The notes beneath the pieces were generated by a model. The model saw only the letters and a program-made list of their open reading frames with translations, did not search any database and was not told the origin of the DNA. Positions 29,749-39,229 of a DNA stretch of 64,000 nt are shown here, one piece after another. The stretch's first letter is position 1, and each line of letters starts with the position of its first letter. The position numbers were made by a program, and so were the translations under genes. Origin of the DNA: Anaerolineae bacterium (GTDB lineage Bacteria; Chloroflexota; Anaerolineae; Aggregatilineales; UBA3940); NCBI GenBank assembly GCA_050288085.1, contig JBNKDD010000002.1, positions 1,603-65,602 of the forward strand, given 5' to 3'.

Positions 29749-32025
29749 TTAATGGCGCGGGGTGAATCGGGCGGCAATCCGCTTTAAAAATATCTGCCGG
29801 GCGGTTTGCCATGCCAGCCTCGCGCGGGCATCTCTATTATCCGGGTCGGCAGGCTGACCATACTGCTCCTCGTTATAAAGCCGCGTGATGCGGAAGATCA
29901 CCGACTCACCCTCCGGGATTTTTTCAGCCAATGTACTCGCCCGTTCATAGGGGGTGGCGCTGTCATGCAGTTTGATTCCCATATAGGATGCATAGATGTT
30001 CAGACGCGCATAACATCGGGCGGTCTCGCTTAACTTCAATAAACCTCGCTGCTCGACCCAGAACCAGGCGATCACGCCAACCAGGGCAAGGCCAACAGCT
30101 CCAGCTAGTATTGACAGGATCAGTTTAGGGATACCCGATCTACGGGAGCGGCTGGCTTCTGTCTCCTGTCCCTGAGACTCCCCGATTACATCCGGTTGAT
30201 TCTCAGCCGGTGCGTTAGCAGCCTCATCGACAGCAGTTTCAATGGTCGGGGTTTCTTCCGCAAGAGGCATCTCAGTGGCAAATTGTTCAGGCAAGACGGC
30301 TGTTTCAGCACGGATAATGGGTATTTCGGCAGCTGTTGGTTCAAACTCTACCCAGCCATAACCGGGAAAATAGACCTCGACCCAGGTATGTGCATCGGAT
30401 TCCAGCACCCGGTAGGCGTTGGAAATTGGGTCGTAGGTTCCCAGGGCGAAACCTGCTGCCACCCGTGCCGGGATACCTTGCGCCCGGAGCAGGATCATCA
30501 TGGTGGTGGCATAGTAGGTGCAATACCCTTCCTGGCTCTCAAACAACACATAATCGACCGGTTCCGCGCCATCGGGTGGAGATGAAACGCGTTCGTTGTA
30601 GGTGATATTGCGGCGCAGATAATCTTCAACGGCCCGTGCAATATCGTATGGATTATTGTGCGGAGCAGCAATTGTTCCCGCCAACCGGTATGTCCGGTCG
30701 GTGATCGAGTCAGGAATTTGCAAATAGGTTTCTTCTATCCAGGCCGGGTAATTCGCCCCGGCGAACCGCAGGCTGGGCGCATCCGCAATGCTTATTGACG
30801 AGGTTGCGCCATAGCTATCTCCTTCGGTAAGCACCTCATTGGATCGCACCGACACGACCGTTGCGTATTCCTCTCCCGGCTGGGTCTGAATCGCATCGTA
30901 GGTCAGGGGCAGCGAAGCAAACGAGGTAACCTGCGGGGCCGCATACATCAATTGGGTGGCCGGGATCAGAATTTCAAACCGCTGCTGGACATTCTGCCGC
31001 AGTAGATAGACCGCCTCTTCTTCCTGGCGCAGCTTGCCAAAATCCGACCGGACACGAATATCTACCGTACTGGTCAGGCGACCCTCGCTGTATTGATCAA
31101 ATACCCGTGAGCGCCAATAGTAGTGATAGCCCTGCGGAGCGTAGACATCCATAACCGGCTGGTCGCCCAGGTTGACCGGCCCACCCAGCGTAATCGACCG
31201 CCCACCATAATACTCGGCGGTGGTCGAAGTAGAGGCTTCTACCCCGTTGAACAGCCGATCCATATTGCCCCGGAAACGCTGCCAGGGTTCACTGGCCTGT
31301 TCCCAGACGGTCGCCAGGTTGGTGTTAGCCGACGCGGTCGGGATCAAAAAGGCGGCCAGCAAGATCACCATCCCACCGACGATCCCGGCCCGTACCAGCC
31401 CAGCCCGTGCATCCGGTGTAAACCCGATCCGGTTTTGCATCCAGAGCTGTTCGCGGGAAAGCGCATGAGTGCGCACTGCCAGGACAAAGACAATGAACAA
31501 ATAGGCAATTAGAAGCCAGTTTAACCGGGCGGGGCCGAAATAGTAATAGTTATTGAGCAGCAGAGCTAACCCCGGCGGGATAGTCGCATACCACAGACGG
31601 TCCGCCCGAAACAGGTTCCAGATCGCGTAAAATGATAGATACCAGAACAGCAAACCCAGCAGCAGCACAAAGATCAGATTGTCCTGGCTGATCCCACCTT
31701 CAACCACAGCCTCGATCCAGACTCCCAGCCGGAAGCCGATCTCATAAAAGCGTTCGCGCCAGGTGGGGGACTGCGACATAAAACGCCAGCCCGCCAACAC
31801 CCAGACCAGGGATACACCGTAGACGGTTGTTGCCAACAATGCAGACAGATCCGAAAAGCGGGAGATCGCCATCAGGTAGCTGATCGCCAGGCCGGTGATC
31901 ACGATCGGCAGCAGGATTTCCAACCCGTCTGTCCAATCGGCCAGCCGGATCGCAGCCGCAGGGATTACGACCAATGCACTCAGCAGTATCAAATTGGGGA
32001 ACTCGTCGCGGAGGAAACGTTGCAT
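29749..32025 (-). CDS. Transglutaminase-like (TgpA-type) membrane protein with DUF4129-like C-terminus
   Basis: N-terminal TM bundle; GYCTYYAT, GIPARVAAGF, DAHTWVEVYFPGYGWVEFEPT; C-terminal TM then TPYE..YG. Confidence 0.88.
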   Translation of the reverse strand: MQRFLRDEFPNLILLSALVVIPAAAIRLADWTDGLEILLPIVITGLAISYLMAISRFSDLSALLATTVYGVSLVWVLAGWRFMSQSPTWRERFYEIGFRLGVWIEAVVEGGISQDNLIFVLLLGLLFWYLSFYAIWNLFRADRLWYATIPPGLALLLNNYYYFGPARLNWLLIAYLFIVFVLAVRTHALSREQLWMQNRIGFTPDARAGLVRAGIVGGMVILLAAFLIPTASANTNLATVWEQASEPWQRFRGNMDRLFNGVEASTSTTAEYYGGRSITLGGPVNLGDQPVMDVYAPQGYHYYWRSRVFDQYSEGRLTSTVDIRVRSDFGKLRQEEEAVYLLRQNVQQRFEILIPATQLMYAAPQVTSFASLPLTYDAIQTQPGEEYATVVSVRSNEVLTEGDSYGATSSISIADAPSLRFAGANYPAWIEETYLQIPDSITDRTYRLAGTIAAPHNNPYDIARAVEDYLRRNITYNERVSSPPDGAEPVDYVLFESQEGYCTYYATTMMILLRAQGIPARVAAGFALGTYDPISNAYRVLESDAHTWVEVYFPGYGWVEFEPTAAEIPIIRAETAVLPEQFATEMPLAEETPTIETAVDEAANAPAENQPDVIGESQGQETEASRSRRSGIPKLILSILAGAVGLALVGVIAWFWVEQRGLLKLSETARCYARLNIYASYMGIKLHDSATPYERASTLAEKIPEGESVIFRITRLYNEEQYGQPADPDNRDARARLAWQTARQIFLKRIAARFTPRH

Positions 32026-32057
32026 TCGGAATAGACCTATATCAGAAGATAAGCTTT

Positions 32058-32146
32058 ACCCCCCAATCCTTGCGCGACCTACGGTCGTCGCTTCGGATTT
32101 GCCCCCCTTGCAAGGGGGGCAGACGCTGTCAACAGCGGCAGGGGGT
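32058..32146. repeat. Multi-hairpin intergenic element
   Basis: Three hairpins, including the perfect palindrome GCCCCCCTTGCAAGGGGGGC (32101-120), closed by ACCCCC/GGGGGT. Confidence 0.6.
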
Positions 32147-32157
32147 GACTTTCCTTC

Positions 32158-34611
32158 TTATTCGCCAGATGGAACCCAGATGTTCTTGACCTGGGTAGCT
32201 TCGTGTAGGAAGTCCTCACCTTCACTTTGCTCCGGGTCAGTCCAATCACGGGCAATGCCATAGCCAACCCAGGTACGCTTCATGTTGACTGCCGAACGGT
32301 ACTCAACCTCATAGCTACCCTCAGCCGAGCCGAAATACCACATCGCGTCTATATCTTCATGCTCAACCAGGGTTTTGGTCAGGTGGTCGCGATCACCGGT
32401 CACGATGTTAACCACCCCACCGGGAACATCGGAGGTATCCAATATCTGATAAAAATCGGTGGCGCTGAGCGGGTACTTCTCGCTGGGGATGACAACAACC
32501 GTGTTGCCGCGTGCAATGGCCGGAGCCATCAAGGAGATGAATCCCAGCAGCGGATAGTCATCCGGGCAAGCGATGCCGATCACACCAACCGGTTCGTTGG
32601 CAGCGACCGTCACTCCTCGCAGACCGGTTTCCTGCACCGTCCCGCCGAACTTATCCGCCCAGGCTGCGTATGAAAACAGCCGCGAGATGGACAGTTCAAC
32701 TTCCTCACAGGCCGATTCTTCGGAACGCCCCGTCATCGCAGCGATCCGTTTAGCGAATTCCTCCGTGCGCGGGGCGAGATTCTCGGCCAGATAATAGAGA
32801 ATCTGTGCCCGGTTATAGGGTGAGCGATCTGCCCAGCGATCCGATGCCCACATTCCAGCTTTGGTGTGCGCCGCTTCAACCGCGTTGCGGATGTCCTTGC
32901 GGTTGCCATCACCCACCTGACCGACCAGTTGACCATCAGGCCCTAAAACGGAGCGGGTATAACGCCCATCGGGGCGTGCCTGCTTCCCGCCGATAAACAT
33001 TTTGGCTGTGCGGTCAACGCCAAATGATCCGCCATTGACAGTCGCGCCGTTGACCGGGGCGGGGCGTGCCGGAACGGCGTCTCCCCATTTGGAAGACTTC
33101 TTGTCCTCGTCAGTCGGTGGCTTGAACTTGGGTTTGGGTCGCTCCTGCCACTTGGGGCGCAGATACTCGAATAACCCTTCGCGGCCACCTTCACGGCCAA
33201 AGCCGCTTTCCCGGTAGCCGCCAAAGCCTGATGCGGCATCAAACAAATTGGTGCTGTTGATCCAGATACTCCCGGCTTTAATGTAATGGGCTACATCAAT
33301 TGCCAGGTTGATATTTTCGCTCCAGATGCTTGCAGCCAGACCGTAGCGGGTATTATTTGCCAGGGCGATGGCTTCGGAGGGTGTGCGGAATTGAATCCCG
33401 ACCAACACCGGCCCGAAGATTTCTTCCTGTACTACGCTGGCTGCCGGGTCAACATCGGTAAGCAGGGTGGGTGGATAGAAACATCCCTTACCCGGCAGAG
33501 GCGATTCGGGCTGGTAGACAGTTGCGCCTTCGGATACACCGGTCTTCACCCACTTATCAATCGTATCCCACTGGGCCTGATCGACGATAGCACCGATATC
33601 AATCACCTTGTCCAGCGATTCGCCGACGCGGAGCGTATCCATCCGACGGCGCAGCTTGGCGAGGAAATCCTCGGCGATGCTCTCCTGTACCAGCAGCCGC
33701 GATCCGGCGCAGCATACCTGCCCCTGGTTAAACCAGATAGCATCGATCACGCCTTCGATAGCGGCGTCCTGGTCTGCATCTTCAAACACAATAAACGGCG
33801 ATTTGCCGCCTAATTCGAGGGAGAGTTTTTTTCCGGAGCCTGCCGTCTGGCGGCGGAGAATGCGCCCAACGTCGGTCGAACCCGTAAAGGCGATCTTATC
33901 CACATCCGGGTGCTCGACGATCATCCCACCGGCTTTGCTGCTGCCGGTGATCACGTTGACAACACCCGGTGGCAGTCCAGCTTCCGCGACGATCTGCGCG
34001 AATAATAAAGCGGTCAGACGGGTGTTGGATGCAGGCTTCAGGACAACGGTATTGCCCATCGCGATGGCTGGGGCGATCTTCCAGGCCAGCATCAGGAGCG
34101 GGAAATTCCAGGGGATGATCTGCCCAACCACACCAACCGGCTGATAGTCTCGAAGTTCACGGCCCATCAATTGGGCCCACCCGGCGTGATAATAAAAATG
34201 GCGGGCCAGCAGCGGCACGTCGATATCACGAGATTCGCGGATCGGCTTGCCGTTGTCCATTGATTCCAGGACGGCCAACAGCCGGTGATGCTTCTGAATA
34301 TTGCGGGCAATGGCGTACAGATGACGTGCCCGGATGTGATCCGGAGTCTTGCTCCACGATTTGAAAGCCTCTCGCGCTGCCGCCACCGCCAGGTCGATGT
34401 CCTCTTTTTCGGCCTGAGTGGTCTTCGCCATCACCTCGTTGGTTGAGGGATTGAGGCTGTCATAGTTTTTTCGCCCTTTGGGATAGACCCATTCGTTGTT
34501 AATGAACAGGCCGAATTTGCGCTTGTATTCGTCCAGCCAGGCGTTAGCCGCGGCAGGAGATTCAGGCGCAGGGCCATATTCCATCGTTTCAAATATCTCT
34601 GTTACAGACAT
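32158..34611 (-). CDS. ALDH16-type two-domain aldehyde dehydrogenase
   Basis: MSVTEIFETMEYGPAPES; IIPWNFP, FTGST, LELGGKS, NQGQVCCAGSR, EEIFGP; second truncated ALDH-like domain. Confidence 0.9.
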   Translation of the reverse strand: MSVTEIFETMEYGPAPESPAAANAWLDEYKRKFGLFINNEWVYPKGRKNYDSLNPSTNEVMAKTTQAEKEDIDLAVAAAREAFKSWSKTPDHIRARHLYAIARNIQKHHRLLAVLESMDNGKPIRESRDIDVPLLARHFYYHAGWAQLMGRELRDYQPVGVVGQIIPWNFPLLMLAWKIAPAIAMGNTVVLKPASNTRLTALLFAQIVAEAGLPPGVVNVITGSSKAGGMIVEHPDVDKIAFTGSTDVGRILRRQTAGSGKKLSLELGGKSPFIVFEDADQDAAIEGVIDAIWFNQGQVCCAGSRLLVQESIAEDFLAKLRRRMDTLRVGESLDKVIDIGAIVDQAQWDTIDKWVKTGVSEGATVYQPESPLPGKGCFYPPTLLTDVDPAASVVQEEIFGPVLVGIQFRTPSEAIALANNTRYGLAASIWSENINLAIDVAHYIKAGSIWINSTNLFDAASGFGGYRESGFGREGGREGLFEYLRPKWQERPKPKFKPPTDEDKKSSKWGDAVPARPAPVNGATVNGGSFGVDRTAKMFIGGKQARPDGRYTRSVLGPDGQLVGQVGDGNRKDIRNAVEAAHTKAGMWASDRWADRSPYNRAQILYYLAENLAPRTEEFAKRIAAMTGRSEESACEEVELSISRLFSYAAWADKFGGTVQETGLRGVTVAANEPVGVIGIACPDDYPLLGFISLMAPAIARGNTVVVIPSEKYPLSATDFYQILDTSDVPGGVVNIVTGDRDHLTKTLVEHEDIDAMWYFGSAEGSYEVEYRSAVNMKRTWVGYGIARDWTDPEQSEGEDFLHEATQVKNIWVPSGE

Positions 34612-34639
34612 AAGCTGCTCCTGTGGGAAACCCACTTTT

Positions 34640-34673
34640 TGTAGGGACACAAACAACATACTGTGTCCCTACA
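34640..34673. repeat. GTAG-type REP-like palindrome upstream of the ALDH gene
   Basis: TGTAGGGACACA-10 nt-TGTGTCCCTACA. Confidence 0.7.
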
Positions 34674-34769
34674 GGTGACACTCATTAGAAGAATTATCGC
34701 AGTGGAAAAGGGAAGTGTCAACGATGCCGTTTGCTTACCCGGGTGTGCAAACGGCCTGTCACGTCGTGC

Positions 34770-36521
34770 TTACCCCACCGAGGGTGCAGCCTGCTTGATC
34801 TGGCGGACGTATTGCAAGATTTCCTCGGCATTCTGGCGGGAGGCTCCTGATTCCGCACCCAGCATAGCGGCCAGTTCTTCAACCCGGCCACCCTCATCAA
34901 GCAAACTGATCTGTGTTTCGGTGCGTTGATCGGCGACCTGTTTTTCCACCTTAAAGTGCGAATCGCCAAAACCGGCCAACTGCGGCAGGTGGGTGACCAC
35001 CAAGACCTGGTGATCGTGCGAAAGTGACCACAACTTCTGCCCGACAATTGCCCCAATCCGCCCGCCAATTCCGGCATCGATCTCGTCGAAGATCAACGAA
35101 GGGGTTTGATCGGCACGAGATAGGACAGTCTTCAGTGCCAGCATGATACGGGCCGTCTCACCGCCGGAGGCAATCCGGGCGATAGGTTTCAGCGGTTCAC
35201 CGATGTTAGGGGCGATCAGGAACTCTACCTGGTCGATCCCGGTGCGGTCAAAGGCCAGACGGTAATCGCCAACCACCGCGCCTTCGGGATCGTCTACCTG
35301 TTCGATAGAAACCCCGAAGCGGGCGCTTTCCATTTTAAGGTCGGTCAGTTCAGCTTCGACAGCTCGCGAGATGGTATCAGCCGCCGCGATCCGTGCCCGT
35401 GAGAGGGTTGCGCCCATCTCGCCGATTTCGAGCAGCAGCCGCGCCTCGCGCTCCTGGAGTTCTTCCAGACGCTCGTCGCTGTGCTCGATAGTTTCAAGTT
35501 CTTTCTGGGCTTCCTCGGTAAGTGCCAACAGTTCCTCAATCGATTCGGCGTTGTACTTACGCTTGAGCATGGTGATCATATCCAGGCGCATTTCGGTTTC
35601 TTGCAGGAGAACAGGATCGAATTCCAGTCCTTCCTGGTAATCGGCCAGTCCCCGGCCTAATTCCTCGACCTGGATGGACAACTCTTCAGCAAGGTCCGCC
35701 AGTTCTTTAGCCGTCTCATCAATCCGAACCAGCCGTGCTAAGGCATTGGCAGCCTGGGTCAGGGCATCGTTGGCGGCAATAGTCTCTTCGCCCCCACCAT
35801 ACACGGCCTGATAGGCTTCTCCGATCAAGGAAGCAAGCTGCTCGGCATTGGCAAGCCGCCGGGCACTGTCGCGGAGTTCTTCGTCCTCGCCCGGTTTGAG
35901 TTTAGCCGCCGTGACTTCTTCGATCTGGAAAGCGAGTATTTCGGCCCGCTGCTTGATGCTCTGTTCGTTGTGGCGCAAGTGATTGAGTTCGCCGCGGACG
36001 GTTTCAATCTCCTTGACCAGTTTGGCATAATCGGCACGCTGTTCCATCAGACCGCCGTAGCGATCCAGCAGATCAAGGTGTGAAGCAGGCCTGAGCAGCG
36101 TCAGGTGCTCGCTCTGCCCATGAATATCGACCAGCCCTTCGCCAACCTCTTTGAGGATGGCAACTGTCGTGGTATGCCCATTCACCCGACAAATACTGCG
36201 CCCATTCTTGCGCATCTCGCGGGTAAGCACCAATGAATCGCCACCGTCCGGGTCTTCGAGTTCTTCACGCTCAAGGATTTTGTTGATCCGGCTGAGGAGA
36301 TCGCCTTTTGGTATTTCAAATATACCCTCAATGATAGCAGCTTTGGCCCCGGTGCGGACCGCGTCGCTGTCTGCACGACCGCCCAGCAGCAATGATACCG
36401 CATCGAGGACAATGGATTTGCCTGCGCCGGTTTCACCGGTTAATACGTCAAAGCCACCAGAAAAACGAAGCGATAAATTGTTGATAATGGCAAAGTTCTG
36501 AATGTTAATTTCACTAAGCAT
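34770..36521 (-). CDS. recN: DNA repair protein RecN
   Basis: TGETGAGKS, DIHGQSEH, ASGGETARIMLALK, IFDEIDAG, VTHLPQ. Confidence 0.97.
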   Translation of the reverse strand: MLSEINIQNFAIINNLSLRFSGGFDVLTGETGAGKSIVLDAVSLLLGGRADSDAVRTGAKAAIIEGIFEIPKGDLLSRINKILEREELEDPDGGDSLVLTREMRKNGRSICRVNGHTTTVAILKEVGEGLVDIHGQSEHLTLLRPASHLDLLDRYGGLMEQRADYAKLVKEIETVRGELNHLRHNEQSIKQRAEILAFQIEEVTAAKLKPGEDEELRDSARRLANAEQLASLIGEAYQAVYGGGEETIAANDALTQAANALARLVRIDETAKELADLAEELSIQVEELGRGLADYQEGLEFDPVLLQETEMRLDMITMLKRKYNAESIEELLALTEEAQKELETIEHSDERLEELQEREARLLLEIGEMGATLSRARIAAADTISRAVEAELTDLKMESARFGVSIEQVDDPEGAVVGDYRLAFDRTGIDQVEFLIAPNIGEPLKPIARIASGGETARIMLALKTVLSRADQTPSLIFDEIDAGIGGRIGAIVGQKLWSLSHDHQVLVVTHLPQLAGFGDSHFKVEKQVADQRTETQISLLDEGGRVEELAAMLGAESGASRQNAEEILQYVRQIKQAAPSVG

Positions 36522-36557
36522 AGGTTCCCCATTTTGCCAATTGATTGCAAACCATCT

Positions 36558-37142
36558 CTAAAAACGAACACGTCCACCTAAACGCAGGGCACTGATCGCC
36601 GCACCGGTAGCAACCACCACGTAAATCCACCAACCAATGTTGGTGAAACCGGCGGCTCCGGCCCATAAACCGGCCTGCGGAGCCATCAGCATCATAGTCA
36701 ATGCCGGTAAACCCGGTATTGCCAGTGCGCCGATGACCATCCCGGCGGCGACCGCCAACCACGAATAACGCCCACGCCGCTTGCCAACCGCCCGGTGTGC
36801 CAATGACGCAATACCTGCGCCTACTGCCGAACTGGCACCAAAGGCGATCATCCAGCCGATCCAGAAAAAGGAGCCGCCAATAAAACTGACAATCATTGCC
36901 GCAATGGCGCTCAATGGCACGGTGATCACAAACTGGATGATGGGATCAAACTTACTGGAATTATAGAATGTAGCTTGCTGCCCCTTAACACATTCCCGGC
37001 AGCGATAGCCAACCGGAGTTCGCACAGCGCATTTAGTACACATCAGGCGGCCACATTTATTGCAGCGCAGGTTGGTTTCAACTGTCGTATGAACAGTACA
37101 ATATTGGATTTCGCCTTCGGCAGCAGGGGTATGGTCGGTCAT
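36558..37142 (-). CDS. B-box-like zinc finger plus membrane domain protein
   Basis: CTVH..CNKC..CTKC..VGYRCREC followed by about 4 TM helices; start at ATG 37142 after GAGG. Confidence 0.8.
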   Translation of the reverse strand: MTDHTPAAEGEIQYCTVHTTVETNLRCNKCGRLMCTKCAVRTPVGYRCRECVKGQQATFYNSSKFDPIIQFVITVPLSAIAAMIVSFIGGSFFWIGWMIAFGASSAVGAGIASLAHRAVGKRRGRYSWLAVAAGMVIGALAIPGLPALTMMLMAPQAGLWAGAAGFTNIGWWIYVVVATGAAISALRLGGRVRF

Positions 37143-37222
37143 TACCTCTTCCAATCTCAAAACATTAAATCAATTGATGGGCGACTGAAACGAGTCATTC
37201 GTGTAGGTCACCCCCATAAATT

Positions 37223-38101
37223 CTACGAGTCATTTCTTAGGACCTGTTTAGGTTCCAGGCGTTTCAAAAGGGTTTCGTAAAAATACGTTTTCTTACCCAG
37301 GCGAATGAAATGTGAAACGGATTCACTGGTCTTGACATCCACGTAATCACCACCCTGAAGCTCGATTTCAAACTGACCGTCAACCGTCAATACCGCATGG
37401 TGGCGTTCTCCGACACGTATCCGGATGGTCGATCCTTCCGATAGAATGATCGCTCGATCCAGGGCCAGGTGCGGCGCAACCGGAATGATCAGAATATTGC
37501 GCAGCTCTGGCGGGAGGATCGGCCCACCAACGGCTAATGCATAAGCGGTTGATCCGGTCGGTGTGGCGACTATCAGGCCATCACAGACATAGTTGGTCAG
37601 GTAATCGCCGTCGACTTCCGTGTCAAGGTGAATCACCCGCGCCAACGATCCCCGGCTGATAACAACATCGTTCAGAGCAACCTGCCTGTCCATTAACTGG
37701 CCTTGATGCCAAGCTTCCGCATTGATCATCATGCGTCGTTCGATCCAATAATCACCGGATAACACGTGAGGCATCAGGTCAGGCCAGTTATCCGGGTTCA
37801 TTTCGGATAGGAAACCCACCCGCCCCATGTTAACCCCAACGATGGGGATATTATATCCGGCAGCCATATGCGCAGCCCTGAGCAATGATCCATCTCCACC
37901 TACAACAACGATCAGATCGATGTCTTCAATCTGCGGCTCGATCTTTGCCTTGTGATCGCGGGATGAACCGGGCCGGGCTTCAACCCCATGGTCGGTCAGC
38001 CATTTGCAAATTTCCCGTGTGATATTTTGTGTTGCCGGGTAATTGGGATGATGCAACACAACAGCCTGCTTAAATGATTCTTTGCTGGATAAGTCGTTCA
38101 T
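37223..38101 (-). CDS. nadK: NAD kinase
   Basis: GGDGS, GRVGFL, ALND, DGLIVATPTGSTAYALAVGGP. Confidence 0.95.
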   Translation of the reverse strand: MNDLSSKESFKQAVVLHHPNYPATQNITREICKWLTDHGVEARPGSSRDHKAKIEPQIEDIDLIVVVGGDGSLLRAAHMAAGYNIPIVGVNMGRVGFLSEMNPDNWPDLMPHVLSGDYWIERRMMINAEAWHQGQLMDRQVALNDVVISRGSLARVIHLDTEVDGDYLTNYVCDGLIVATPTGSTAYALAVGGPILPPELRNILIIPVAPHLALDRAIILSEGSTIRIRVGERHHAVLTVDGQFEIELQGGDYVDVKTSESVSHFIRLGKKTYFYETLLKRLEPKQVLRNDS

Positions 38102-38324
38102 GTCGCTTCCTGGGTGACGGGATAGCCCGAGGCATTATACCCTAACCCACATCTGCCTGTCCCATTAAAACGGCTGACAGCACGGCTTCTTTATCCTTTC
38201 AACAAACAGATTATCTCGTAATGAGAAATCGAATTCGAGTCTGGCTTATGATAGCACAGAGCGAACACCTGTGCTAGGTCTTTGTGCGCTTTCACCCTAA
38301 AAGAATGTAAGTTATCATTGGCTT

Positions 38325-38903
38325 ATGGACACGCTGCTTGATTTCATTGAAGAGATCGGTGTACTGAAGAATATCCCCCGGATTGGCTGGCAGTTCAGAG
38401 GGATCAAGGACTGTGAAAGTGTAGCCGATCACTGCTACCGGGTGTCGTTGCTGGCGATGCTGCTGGCGGATATACTGGTTGAGCAGGGTGTCGAACTCGA
38501 CACCGAAAAAGTTATGCGGATTGCGCTGCTGCATGAGATCGCCGAGGCGCGGGTTACCGATATTCCGGCGGTATCACTGGGTTATATTCCGGCTGAGATC
38601 AAACACCAGGCTGAACAAAAAGCCGCCGAAGCGATGTTAAATCCCTTCGGCGCACTTGGTGAGCGTTACCTGGCTCTATGGGAAGAATTCGAGCAGCGCA
38701 GCACCTTAGAAGCCCGCGTGGTGCGGGCAGCAGATAAGCTCGAAATGTTGATCCAGGCTTACCAGTATGAGAAAACCGGCTACCAATCCCTCGGCGATTT
38801 CTGGGTTCGGGAAGATACCCGCCGGGTGTTTGAGGCCTTTCCACAATTTGAACAAATTCTGGAGATGTTAGAAACTCGGCGCGATGCGCTGAATAATTCC
38901 TAA
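38325..38903 (+). CDS. HD-domain phosphohydrolase (HDDC2/YfbR-like)
   Basis: LKNIPRIGW, ESVADH, LLHEIAEA, ADKLEM. Confidence 0.88.
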   Translation: MDTLLDFIEEIGVLKNIPRIGWQFRGIKDCESVADHCYRVSLLAMLLADILVEQGVELDTEKVMRIALLHEIAEARVTDIPAVSLGYIPAEIKHQAEQKAAEAMLNPFGALGERYLALWEEFEQRSTLEARVVRAADKLEMLIQAYQYEKTGYQSLGDFWVREDTRRVFEAFPQFEQILEMLETRRDALNNS

Positions 38904-38968
38904 ATCATCGTTACCGATGGGGCGCAGCATACCGTGCCCCGGACAACCAATTTTACAAGGAGTACTCC

Positions 38969-39217
38969 ATGTTACTAAAAGTTTCCATCACCTATTGTGT
39001 ACCTTGAAACTACCTCCCACGCGCCGTCAGTATGACGGAAACACTGCTCGATGAGTTCAGGCACCAGGTTGAAAGCTGGACACTGATCCCTGCGGATGGG
39101 GGACGTTATGAGGTCGTCATTAATGGTGATCTGATCTATAGCAAACTTAGAACAGGTCGTCACACTGACAACAACGAAATCAGGAAGCTTATTCAGGAGT
39201 ACATAGATACGCACTAG
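38969..39217 (+). CDS. Rdx/SelW-family selenoprotein (CxxU); TGA at 39005-07 read as Sec
   Basis: AAGGAG RBS, MLLKVSITYCVP-TGA-NYLPRAVS continues in frame into the annotated 61-aa ORF (LIPADGGRYEV..LIYSKLRTGRH); hairpin CCGTCA-GTA-TGACGG at 39024-38. Confidence 0.88.
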
Positions 39218-39229
39218 CAGCGAGGGCTA

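Noticed and set aside
32058-32146. tRNA or tRNA-Sec interpretation of the cloverleaf-like element
   Set aside because: No TTC T-loop, no D-loop GG and no 7-nt anticodon loop; the central hairpin is a loopless palindrome.
39032-39217. 61-aa ORF as listed in the track
   Set aside because: It is the part after the UGA of the 38969-start selenoprotein; the good RBS lies at the upstream ATG.
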